From Octopus sinensis (lineage: Eukaryota), in the NCBI RefSeq assembly GCF_006345805.1, contig NW_021835007.1, positions 1 to 43,823 on the forward strand: a DNA stretch of 43,823 bases. The letters run 5' to 3'. Shown piece after piece: positions 1-10,188 of the stretch. Within the stretch, counting starts at the first letter, position 1, and every line of letters begins with the position of its first letter. Below the pieces are notes generated by a model, which worked only from the letters and a program-made list of their open reading frames with translations, was not told the origin of the DNA and ran no database searches. A program made the translations under genes and the position numbers.

Positions 1-147
1 TATTGTAGAATAAAAACCATATTGCACGGAAATTTTAACAACAAAATCTTATATGGACTCCCACATGCCATATGGATCCCGGTTAAAAAAACCCTGCTCC
101 ACCTGCATGAAATAGCAGCCAAAAAACTTTCTCAAATCTGACCTTAC

Positions 148-193
148 CTTTTTAGAACACTGGATATTGTGGGCCTGGGTCAGTTCATAGTAA
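148..193 (-). CDS. Candidate 46-nt internal coding exon (phase 2 to phase 0), YYELTQAHNIQCSKK, gene unknown
   Basis: On the minus strand, a pyrimidine-rich acceptor tttttttatttttctcccctag precedes it and a GTAAGG donor follows. Only one frame is open. The peptide is not recognised. Confidence 0.35.
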
Positions 194-402
194 CTAGGGG
201 AGAAAAATAAAAAAAACATGATTATCACAAGATGACGTACCTTTGATCGGAGCTGACCAGGGGCTATACAGCATATAACGGATGGCAAGGTTTACGGGAG
301 AATATCGCCTTCCTCCATTGTCTCTTTTTGTTCTTCGTGTAGTTCAAGCTCCGGCAGGCGAAGAGAGAAGACTTCAAGTACGAATACAATTTACAACTGG
401 TT

Positions 403-494
403 TATTTACAGGTTTCACAGGATAGGTGAAGTGTGCTGCTCTCAGCAACCATCTTTTGCTGTGTGCGTTGTGTAGTAGCTCCGTTAGTGCGGGC
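403..494 (+). repeat. Left copy of a 92-bp direct repeat (putative long target-site duplication); right copy at 879-970
   Basis: tatttacaggtttc...tagtgcgggc occurs at 403-494 and 879-970 with 2 mismatches and exactly brackets the SINE at 495-878. Confidence 0.9.
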
Positions 495-878
495 GTGGAG
501 GCGCAATGGCCCAGTGGTTAGGGCAGCGGACTCGCGGTCGTAGGATCGCGGTTTCGATTCCCAGACCGGGCGTTGTGAGTGTTTATTGAGCGAAAACACC
601 TAAAGCTCCACGAAGCTCCGGCAGGGGATGGTGGTGATCCCTGCTATACTCTTTCACCACAACTTTCTCTCACTCTTACTTCCTGTTTCTGTTGTACCTG
701 TATTTCAAAGGGCCGGCCTTGTCACTCTCTGTGTCACGCTGAATATCCCCGAGAACTACGTTAAGGGTACACGTGTCTGTGGAGTGCTCAGCCAAATTAC
801 ACGTTAATTTCAGGAGCAGGCTGTTCCGTTGATCGGATCAACCGGAACCCTCGTCGTCGTAACCGACGGAGTGCTTCC
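495..878 (+). mobile_element. tRNA-derived SINE, family O1 (OR-type octopus SINE-like), full length
   Basis: tRNA-like head with A box (tggcccagtgg) and B box (ggtttcgattccc). Near-identical copies lie at 1857-2246 (-) and 19123-19420 (+). Confidence 0.9.
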
Positions 879-997
879 TATTTACAGGTTTCACAGGATA
901 GGTGAAGTATGCTGCTCTCAGCAACCATCTTTAGCTGTGTGCGTTGTGTAGTAGCTCCGTTAGTGCGGGCACATTGCCTCTGGATGTACACAGACAG

Positions 998-1672
998 ACG
1001 AGCTGGCAGAAACGTTAGTATGCCGGGCGAAATGCGTAGCCGTATTTCGTCTACTGTTAAGTTCAAATTCCGCCGAGGTCGACTTTGCCTTTCATCCTTT
1101 AGGGGTCGATAAATTAAGTACCAGTTACGCCCTGGGGTCGATATAATCGACTTAATCCGTTTTTCTGTCCTTCTTTGTCCTCTGTGTTTAGCCCCTTGTG
1201 GGTAGTAAAGAAATTGGTATTTCGCCCGTCACTACGTTCTGAATTCAAATTCCGCCAAGGTCGACTTTGCCTTTCTTAGAATTCTGTTAATGGGTAATAA
1301 TGGTAATAAGTATTATAGTTCTATCGTTGTCCTTTCTCTCTATCTTTCGTTGTTTGAGCTTTTTTTACTTATTTATTTATTTCTCTTTTGCAAAGATAGC
1401 TGGGGTAAATTACAACTGAAATAAACTGCTAATCAATGTGAAAAGGTTTTAATATAAATACAGCGATGAAGTAAAATGCTTAGCAGCATTTCGTCTGCCG
1501 CTACGTTCTGAGTTCAAATTCCGCCGAGGTTGACTTTGCCTTTCATCCTTTCGGGGTCGATAAATTAAGTACCAGTTACGCCCTGGGGTCGATATAATCG
1601 ACTTAATCCCTTTGTCTCTCCTTGTTTGTCCTCTCTGTGTTTAGCCCCTTGTGAGCAGTAAAGAAATAGGTA
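998..1672 (+). mobile_element. Two copies (998-1274 and 1475-1672) of SINE family N (Deu/Nin-domain-like core) separated by unique DNA
   Basis: Head gagctggcagaaacgttag and core gcctttcatcctttcggggtcgataaattaagtaccag recur more than 15 times in the window. The core recalls the Deu/Nin SINE domain (from memory, unverified). Confidence 0.85.
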
Positions 1673-1856
1673 CAACATACAGGACAGACAGGCTCAGCCA
1701 ATGGAGTGCGCACAGCAAGCGCTGCTGCTAAGAGGCGGCAAAAGAGAGAAAAAAGATCTGTCTGTTTTGCCCTTATATACAGTTTGCCATCAACGACAAC
1801 AGCAACAATAACAACAGCAACAATAGCAGCAACAACGACAACACTGTCAGCACTAT

Positions 1857-2246
1857 TTATTTATTAGCACTCCGTCGGTTACGACGACGAGCGTTCCGGT
1901 TGATCCGAATCAACGGAGCAGCCTGCTCGTGAAATTAACGTGTAAGTGGCTGAGCACTCCACAGACACGTGTACCCTTAACGTAGTTCTCGGGGATATTC
2001 AGCGTGACACAGAGAGTGACAAGGCCGGCCCTTTGAAATACAGGTACAACAGAAACAGGAAGTAAGAGTGAGAGAAAGTTGTGGTGAAAGAGTAAAGCAG
2101 GGATCACCACCACCATCCTCCGGAGCCTCGTGGAGCTTTAGGTGTTTTCGTTCAATAAACACTCACAACGCCCGGTCTGGAAATCGAAACCGCGATCCTA
2201 TGACCGCGAGTCCGCTGCCCTAACCACTGGGCCATTGCGTCTCCAC
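1857..2246 (-). mobile_element. SINE family O1, full length, with (TAAA)n tail and 12-bp TSD
   Basis: Reverse complement of 495-878. tgtcagcactat lies at 1845-1856 and 2248-2259. Confidence 0.9.
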
Positions 2247-2284
2247 TTGTCAGCACTATATCACTTATAACGCAGATAATTTCA

Positions 2285-2770
2285 ATGGCTGTTAGGTTAC
2301 AAAGCTCGCTTTGCAACCACGTGGTTTTGGGTTCAATCCCACTGCGCTGCACCTCTGGCAAGTGTCTTCCACTGTAGTCCTAGGCCACCAATGTGAGTGA
2401 ATTTGGAATACAGAAACTGTGTAGAAGTCCGTCGTATATATACATATATATATATATATACACACACATATATACATATATGTATACACACATACACATA
2501 TATATACATATATATATAAACACGCACACACACACACAACACACATATATATATACACACATACATACACACACACACACACGTGTGTGTGTGTGTGCCT
2601 TTGTGTTTGCCCCACTTCCCCACTTCAACGCTTGGCAAACGGTATTGGTTTGTTTACTTCCCCGTGCGTTAATGGTTCGATAGAGCACCAGTCTTTAAAA
2701 AAGGTTAAGTACTGGGGTCAAGTTGTCCGACTAAAACCATTCAAAGCGGTGCCCCAGCATGGCCACTGTC
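2285..2770 (+). mobile_element. Degenerate SINE family B (CORE-like head, internal TA/CA microsatellite, CR1-like tail)
   Basis: Matches the B copies at 4895-5304 and 35701-36110 (ggcaagtgtcttc ... gcggtgccccagcatggcc). Confidence 0.7.
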
Positions 2771-2817
2771 CTTCTTCTGAACTTCCTTTCCATATCAAAT
2801 GTTTAGTCCTTCTCATA

Positions 2818-3120
2818 AAAGGGGTAAAGACCCCCTTTGGTCATGAATGACCATGGGATTGCACCTAGAAAGTTACCCTCCTAGACACAAGTCCGGGCAA
2901 GGTTGTTTATGGAAGACCAGCAGTCGCCCATGCATACCAGCCTCCCCTCTCCACGCCACCAGTGTTATCCAAGGGAAAGACAAAGGTCGCAACTCATTTC
3001 TACAGCTGAGTGAACTGGAGCAACGTGAAATAAAGTGCCTTGCTCAAGAACACAACACGCAGCCCGGTCCAGGATTCGAGCTCACAATCTCACGATCGTA
3101 AGCTCGACGCTCTAACCACG
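2818..3120 (-). mobile_element. SINE family O2 (tRNA-Arg-like head), slightly 5'-truncated, 14-bp TSD
   Basis: Same family as 16848-17183. tagtccttctcata lies at 2804-2817 and 3121-3134. Confidence 0.85.
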
Positions 3121-3440
3121 TAGTCCTTCTCATACGTAGTAAATAATCACCAAACCCTATTAACACAAAATGAATAACCTCATACAGCTCTGGTATAGTT
3201 ATTACCCTGTTAACGGTTTGGTTAAATGATTATGGAAGGAAAGATTAACCAAGGAGATTCATTCCAAACAGTAATAAAATACTGCTAAAAAAATCTACTG
3301 AAAACATCAGATTAGATAATTAACTAATTAACATATGGCTTAAAATTTTCGGCACTGGGATAACACGCTCCTGGAATAGTTTTACGTGGTTCACCCAGCA
3401 ACAGAAGCTAACAGTCCGAACAAGAAACAAAAGATATATT

Positions 3441-4026
3441 GGGTTCAAATTTTGGCACAAGGCCAGCAATTCGGGGGAGTGGGAAAGTCGATTACATCGA
3501 CCCCAGTACTCAGCTGGTACTTGTTTATCGACCCCAAAAGGATGAAAGGTAAAGTCGACTTTGACGGAATTTGAACTTAGACCGTAAAGACGGATGAAAT
3601 ACCTATTTCTTTACTACCCACAAGGGACTAAACAGAGAGAGGACAAACAAGGAAAGACAAACGGATTAAGTCGATTACATCGACCCCAGTGCGTAACTGG
3701 TACTTATTTAATCGACCCCTAAAGTATGAAAGGCAAAGTCGACCTCGGAGGAATTTGAACTCAGAACGTAGCGGCAGACGAAATACCTATTTCTATTTCT
3801 TTACTACCCACAAGGGGATAAACACAGAGAGGACAAACAAGGACAGGCACACGGATTAAGTCAATTATATCGACCTCAGTGCGTAACTGGTACTTAATTT
3901 ACCGACCCCGAAAGGATGAAAGGCAAAGTCGACCTCGGTGGAATTTGAACTCAGAACGTAACGGCAGACGAAATACGGCTACGCATTTCGCCCGGCGTGC
4001 TAACGTTTCTGCCAGCTCACCGCTTT
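3441..4026 (-). mobile_element. SINE family N multimer: one head plus three tandem bodies, 16-bp TSD
   Basis: The core is repeated three times head-to-tail. aaacaaaagatatatt lies at 3425-3440 and 4027-4042. Confidence 0.85.
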
Positions 4027-4362
4027 AAACAAAAGATATATTAATGTTTAATACGTAAATTATTGCACCGTATTCTCCATCACGTCACAAGCAATGAAAT
4101 AGATTCACAAGTTACCTCTTCGCCTGACTTATGTATCATGTGACACACAGGACATATTTCACTGGTGCTCTTGTATCATATATGATACACATTTCCGATT
4201 TTTTCTTACCACAAGAGTAACTTGGAACATATGAAAGGAAAGCTTTTGCGAACATAACTCAAATATAAACTTGAAATGGAAACTAGCAGAACGTAATCCA
4301 AAACATCTTACGCCTCAAATTTTACATCAAACCCCTTCAAATCCAAATGTTTTATACAAAGA

Positions 4363-4753
4363 CTAGCAGTATCGCCCGGCGTTGCTCGGGTTTGTTTCGA
4401 CCCTTTACAATTGGAATTTTTGAAAAGTAAAAATTTTGCATTATGTAGCTTGTTATTCTCTTTAAGTGAACATTTTTCTGGTTTAAATACACCGAAAAAT
4501 GGCGACACAGCAGTCAAAATATCGTAAAAAATAGGGATTTTCATAGAAAAAAACTCACCTTTTTGATGTAAATAATTTTTGGTGTTAACATGGTCCGATT
4601 TGAATTTTATCTTCTACGGAATGAAGAGCAAGCCTTCTTCTATCATACTCTCAATTTTGGTCAACTTGCGCCGCAGGGTCTCGGAGGAGATAGTGTTAGT
4701 TGAAGGCTACCAAACCTGCCACACACAGACAACTTCAGCTTTATATATAGAGA
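4363..4753 (-). mobile_element. Non-autonomous Helitron (family H1)
   Basis: On the minus strand it starts TC, ends CTAG, has a subterminal hairpin CCCGagcaacgcCGGG, and sits between A and T. Homologous copies lie at 14905-15295 and 42944-43383. Confidence 0.85.
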
Positions 4754-4894
4754 TTTGAAAAGAAAGAACAAAAACTTTAAACCATTTTACCTGCTATGTG
4801 TATCACATGAGATATCAGGATATATTTCTCTGACGTCCATGCATCATACATGATAGACATTCCCAATTTTTTTCAACCAACAGAGTAACTTGGA

Positions 4895-5304
4895 TTTACT
4901 CTTTACTCTTTTACTTGTTTCAGTCATTTGACTACGGCCATGCTGGAGCACCGCTTTAAATCGAGCAACTCGACCCCGGGACTTATTCTTTTGTAAGCCC
5001 AGTACTTATTCTATCGGTCTCTTTTGCCGAACCGCTAAGAAACGGGGACATAAACACACCAGCATCGGTTGTCAAGCAATGCTTGGGAGACAATCACAGA
5101 CACACAAACACACACACGCATATATATATATACATATATACGACGGGCTTCTTTCAGTTTCCATCTACCAAATCCACTCACAAGGCTTTGGTCGGCCCGA
5201 GGCTATAGTAGAAGACACTTGCCCAAGGTGCCACGCAGTGGGACTGAACCCGGAACCATGTGGTTGGTAAACAAGCTACTTACCACACAGCCACTCCTGC
5301 GCCT
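4895..5304 (-). mobile_element. SINE family B, full length
   Basis: Head gagtggctgtgtggta, CORE-like ccttgggcaagtg, tail gctccagcatggccg...tgactgaaacaagtaaaagag. Confidence 0.9.
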
Positions 5305-5522
5305 ATTTACGAAAGGAAACCTATATATTACTCTGAACGTATGAAACAAGGGCTGACTAAAAAGTCTGAAAATAAACATGGTAGTTTAGGACAAACGTAT
5401 GAAAATGCGTTGGAAAAAATGAAGGAAAATGAAGGGTTAATGACGATGAGCAATCGACAAGGAATTTTTCGAGTGAGTTCTTGTAAGAAAAAAGAATACA
5501 TATCAGAGATGTCATGAAAAGC

Positions 5523-6064
5523 TCTATTATAATGCTTCGTTGAAACTGGAATCCAAAAATTAAACAAATAAATGCCAATGGTCTGGTTGTTCTATCACTG
5601 CATCAACTTATTTCGATGCACGTATACAGACTTACAGGAACAATAACCAGAAATGAGGAGCTCCTCCCAAGAATTGATTTCACTCCAAGCGACATAATCT
5701 TATCATTCTTCCAATAAAAGAGACGATTTCCAGCTCTGTTAGCATCAGCAATGACGATAAACAAATCTTAAGGTCAATCTTTTAACAAAAGAAGTTTGTT
5801 CCTATCGCAACCTGTACAACTATGGCCAGTTGAATATAGCTCTAAGTAGGACCAAGATTTTGATGGAGCTAAACAACAGATTCAGGCTAATTACGGATTC
5901 AAGACTACGAAGGTCAAGGAAAACGCAAGGAATAAAGTGACCCCACAAAGAAGGATGTATTCAAAGGAATTATAGCATTAAATGTTTTTCGACGAAAATT
6001 TTTGGCTTCCTAATGTATTCTCTACTTAAAACAACGTCGCCTCTTTTGACGACAGCAATGCTAG
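5523..6064 (+). pseudogene. Decayed Helitron Pif1-type helicase C-terminus with a probable 3' end
   Basis: Translates as SIIMLR*NWNPK...NG...LLPRIDFTPSD...KRRFPALLASAMTINKS*GQS and YGQLNIALSR, matching the Helitron motifs PRIxLxPSD, QFPxxxAFAMTINKSQGQ and HGQLYVALSR. A GTCG/CGAC hairpin precedes CTAG|T at 6061-6065. Confidence 0.8.
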
Positions 6065-6144
6065 TTTGCCTACATAACGATGGTAGACACGTTGAAAATT
6101 AACCAGCTTAAAAAGTCTAACACTTATCCTTTGCAAAGATTAAT

Positions 6145-6157
6145 TGTGCTATATGTG

Positions 6158-6209
<52 letters not shown>

Positions 6210-6420
6210 ATGTGTGTGTATGATGTATGTATGTATATGTATGTATACACGTAAGTATATATATATATATATACGTACATACATATATATATATACACAT
6301 ATGTATATATATATGTATATGTGTGTGTGTATATATATATTTGTATACATATAAATATATATGTATATATATATAAATATATATGCATGTGTGTATGTAT
6401 GTATATATGTATGTATGCAC
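6145..6420. repeat. (TG)n/(TA)n compound microsatellite
   Basis: Direct inspection. Confidence 0.95.
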
Positions 6421-6997
6421 GAATAAGGAAAATATGGCGAAGAGTTACAAAACGATCAAAGGAACATTATATCCCTATTTTCGTATCTTCGATATGAGTG
6501 ATGGTGGTGGTGGTAGTGGTAGTGGTGACTGTTGAAAAACAAGCAAAACAAGCACACACACACACACACACACACAAAAGAAAGATAGAAAATAAACTAC
6601 CAGAAAAAAAAAATGAAGAGAAATTGGCAACAAAGATTTCCTCAGGAAATTGTAAATTTGAAAAGCTAAAATGCACCGTAGATCAATGTTTGACAAAAAT
6701 GTCTTGATTAACTGCCGAGTAAATTGAACATAAAGTTTCCAAGATTCTCTGATACCAGAGGAGGACAGATAACAGATTTGTTGTACGAGATTTGTATATT
6801 ATAATGTGATTTAGAATATATTGCGCAGTTACAATAAGAGCAAAACGAGAACAAGAGAAAGCGGTGTATGTATGCATGCATGTATGTATGTATGTATGTA
6901 TGTATACATGTGTGTGTGCGCGAGCGAATCTATGTAGTAGACATACGAAAATGGCAAAGAAACTTTTTTCTCCATAGACAGAAAAATGTTATGAAGA

Positions 6998-7042
6998 GAC
7001 TTAATCAATTTTCGACCTTTATTAGGGTCTCGTCAGTAGTGC
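6998..7042 (-). ncRNA. Partial or decayed hammerhead ribozyme motif
   Basis: Minus strand reads CTGACGA-GACC-ctaataaa-GGTC-GAAA-attgattaagtc. The core and stem II are canonical, but stem I does not pair. Confidence 0.4.
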
Positions 7043-7379
7043 GTGTCTCGCTTGACCAATCTCAGAGAAACGAGTAGCCAATTTGCTTATATACACACAT
7101 CAAATCCAGCAACTTCAGAGAATATGTGAGTGCGTGCGTGTGTGTGTGTGTGTGTGTGTGTGTTTATGTATATATGTATGTACGTATGTATATACACACA
7201 CTTATTTATTATCAATCTGCAAAGGTTACAGAGTGACTCAAAGGCCGAGAGTTTCGTGCACTGGCATTTACCGAAATGATTTCAAATTAATTAAATTAAT
7301 AAACCCTCTGTAACTTCTGTCGATTACTACAAATAATAATTTTAGTATATGTAATAATAATCATAACAACAATAATAAT

Positions 7380-7435
7380 CATTTATATATATATATGTAT
7401 AAATATATTTATATATATATATAAATATATTTATA

Positions 7436-7525
<90 letters not shown>

Positions 7526-7542
7526 ATATATATATATATATG

Positions 7543-7587
<45 letters not shown>

Positions 7588-7664
7588 GTATGTATATATA
7601 TGTATCTATCTATCTATCTATACATACATGCATACATACATACATACATGCATACATGCATACA

Positions 7665-7700
<36 letters not shown>

Positions 7701-7775
7701 TATATTATATATATATATTATATATATAATATATATATATACATATATACATACATATTTACTATTCACAGCACA
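7380..7775. repeat. (TA)n/(TG)n/(TACA)n compound microsatellite
   Basis: Direct inspection. Confidence 0.95.
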
Positions 7776-8035
7776 CACACGCAGAGGAATGTAGAGGATT
7801 TGGAGTGATGAGAATCTTGGATATATGATTAAATTTAAACTAATAAATGTTGCAAGTATGACAAAAGACGTGTTAATAAAAGGAGTCATTATCAGATTCG
7901 GAAATTAGGAAACTCATTAATAGCGCTGTCTCATTACCAGCATTTAGAACTTGAATTCGTTCACCATCATGATAATCATCATCATCGTCATTATCATGGT
8001 CGTCGTCATCGTCGTCATATTTATCATTTCTGTCA

Positions 8036-8310
8036 ACTTCTTCTTCTTCTTCTTCTTTTCTTCTTCTTCTTCTTCTTCTTCTTCTTCTTCTTCTTCTTCT
8101 CCTTCTTCTTCTTCTTCTTCTTTTCTTCTTTTTCTTCTTCTTCTTCTTCTTCTTCTTCTTCTTCTCCTTCTTCTTCTTCTTCTTCTTCTTCTTTCTTCTT
8201 TTTTTCTTCTTTCTTCTTCTTCTTCTTCTTCTTCTTTTCTTCTTCTTCTTCTTCTTCTTCTTCTTCTTCTTCTTCTTCTTCTTCTTCTTCCTTTTCATCC
8301 TCCTCCTCCG
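8036..8310 (+). repeat. About 270-bp (TTC)n/(GAA)n polypyrimidine-polypurine tract
   Basis: Direct inspection. Confidence 0.95.
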
Positions 8311-8930
8311 TCATTTTTCTTCATCTCTTTCGTTATATTTGTTCTGATCCGGTAAACCCACGATCAAAAGCGCCTCAGCCGTGACCATCCAATTTTGTTT
8401 TCTTTCTCTTTTTTTTCACCCCCCCCCCCCCGAAAAACTGTATCTAGAACTACATTATTCCAATATTTGTTTCGCAAAATAGCACGTGAATTGAAAGAGA
8501 TTTTGGCTACTATTTCTTGAAGACATAACGACCACGTAGAGGCATCATCTTTAGATCACGGTACTCTTAAAATCTGTCCATTCTTCCTCCAGGTTCCCTT
8601 TTTATGCATTTGGAGATCGTACGGTAAAAAAACAAAAACAAAAACAAAAATTCATTTTAAAGATTAAACTCGAAGTAGATAGAGCTATAACTAATGCTTT
8701 CATCTATAGGCACAAGACTTTCAGTTTTGGGGGAGGAGCTAGTCGATTACATTGATCCCAAGTGCTCAACTGATACTTTATTTAATTGACCCTGAAACAG
8801 AAAAGTCAAACCTCACCCTGATGGGATTTGAACTTGGGGCGTATAAGACCAAAGGAAACACTGCAATCATATTTTCTGGTGTTCTAATAATTCAGCCACC
8901 TCACTGCCTTAATAATGGTGATGATGATGA

Positions 8931-9206
8931 GGTGCCTATAAAAAGAAAACTAAAGGTTGTGCCTATAATAATTGGTGCATTGGGGACTGTAAGCAAAGAT
9001 GTAGACAAATGGTTGAAGGAGATTGGAATAGAATGTCCTGTAGAGCTTGTACAGAAAGTTTGTCTCTCTTAGTGACAGGACAGATTATCAGGAGGGTTCT
9101 AAGCAGTTGAAAGCCTATTGAAAGCCAATGGATACCTAAGGTTACAGGTAGTAACCTGCCACCCATATAAATCCTGCCAGGAATGAGATCGAACCTGAGT
9201 CAAATC

Positions 9207-9277
<71 letters not shown>
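8931..9277 (+). mobile_element. 5'-truncated 3' end of an R4/Dong-type (REL endonuclease) non-LTR retrotransposon with (CAA)n tail
   Basis: Encodes KVVPIIIGALGTVSKDVDKWLKEIGI...LVQKVCL, then a frameshift, then TGQIIRRVLSS*. This is the typical C-terminus of REL-type LINE ORFs. A 3' UTR and (CAA)n at 9206-9277 follow. Confidence 0.75.
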
Positions 9278-9279
<2 letters not shown>

Positions 9280-10188
9280 ATAATAATAATCCTTTTTTTT
9301 CTTCTCTCTAAAAACATCACGCTTTTCTTTTTGTGGACTTACAAAACCTTAAAACTTTCTATGAAAATCTGACTTTTCTTTGCTTCCTCTCTGAATATTC
9401 AAATATAAATGTAAACATATACTTTTTATAGCAAAAACACACCTGTTCTTCTAACTGGACATACAAACATCTCTAGAAAAGTCAACTTCAACCTCCACAA
9501 TATTACCTTTCACGAAATATACAAACACTTTTTATTGCAATAACACAAACGCACATGGAAAAAAAAAAATAATGATGCTAAGATTCTCTCTGGTCGAACA
9601 CAACTTCTCTATTCACAAACAATACAGAACAGCCCTTCCTTAATTTTTCTTAAGGCTAGTTGTAGTAAACATTTGAACTTTTTTTGACCGATAGGACCCC
9701 ACCTAAAAAAAAAAAAAATCACTGATGGTGATGGTGATGATGATAATAATGATAGTAATAGTGCTGATAATCTATCTATCTATCTACACACACACTCACA
9801 GAGTTCAGCCAACACAAACCTCACCTCGGCTCTTTAGATGTTAACCAAATATGAAAGTATTATTTGACAGGCAAGAACTCTGGCGTTGAAGACAGCCAGC
9901 CAACGAGACAGACAAACACTACTGTGATGGTGATAATGATAAAAAACAAAAATAACAATGATAAGATACTGCTGTGACTACACATAAAACAATATCATTG
10001 ATGATGATGATGATGATGATGGTGATGGTGATGATAATGATGATAGTGATAATAATGGTGATGATAATAACAAAAATACGCCGACTACGGCTGCTATAAT
10101 GGTACGATTATAATTGTAACGGCAATGATGGCCGTCTCCCCACGAGCCAATCAAAGCTAAAAAATGATAACATTATCGTAGCACCAAA

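Noticed and set aside
301-430. Strong plus-strand acceptor at 341-342 followed by FKLRQAKREDFKYEYNLQ...
   Set aside because: There is no convincing donor, the peptide is unrecognised, and it conflicts with the minus-strand candidates. Left uncalled pending RNA-seq.
495-575. tRNA genes at SINE heads (also 16848-16925 and 18425-18500)
   Set aside because: The heads run straight into SINE bodies with tails and TSDs, and they lack a proper acceptor stem.
1690-1745. CCAAT box and GC-rich patch suggesting a promoter
   Set aside because: Short motifs only, with no linked exon or TSS evidence.
10090-10188. Possible HDV-like ribozyme in the R4 5' UTR (gtcTCCCCACg, gctaa)
   Set aside because: P1, P1.1 and P2 could not be paired by hand. 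An HDV descriptor search on the family consensus would decide it.
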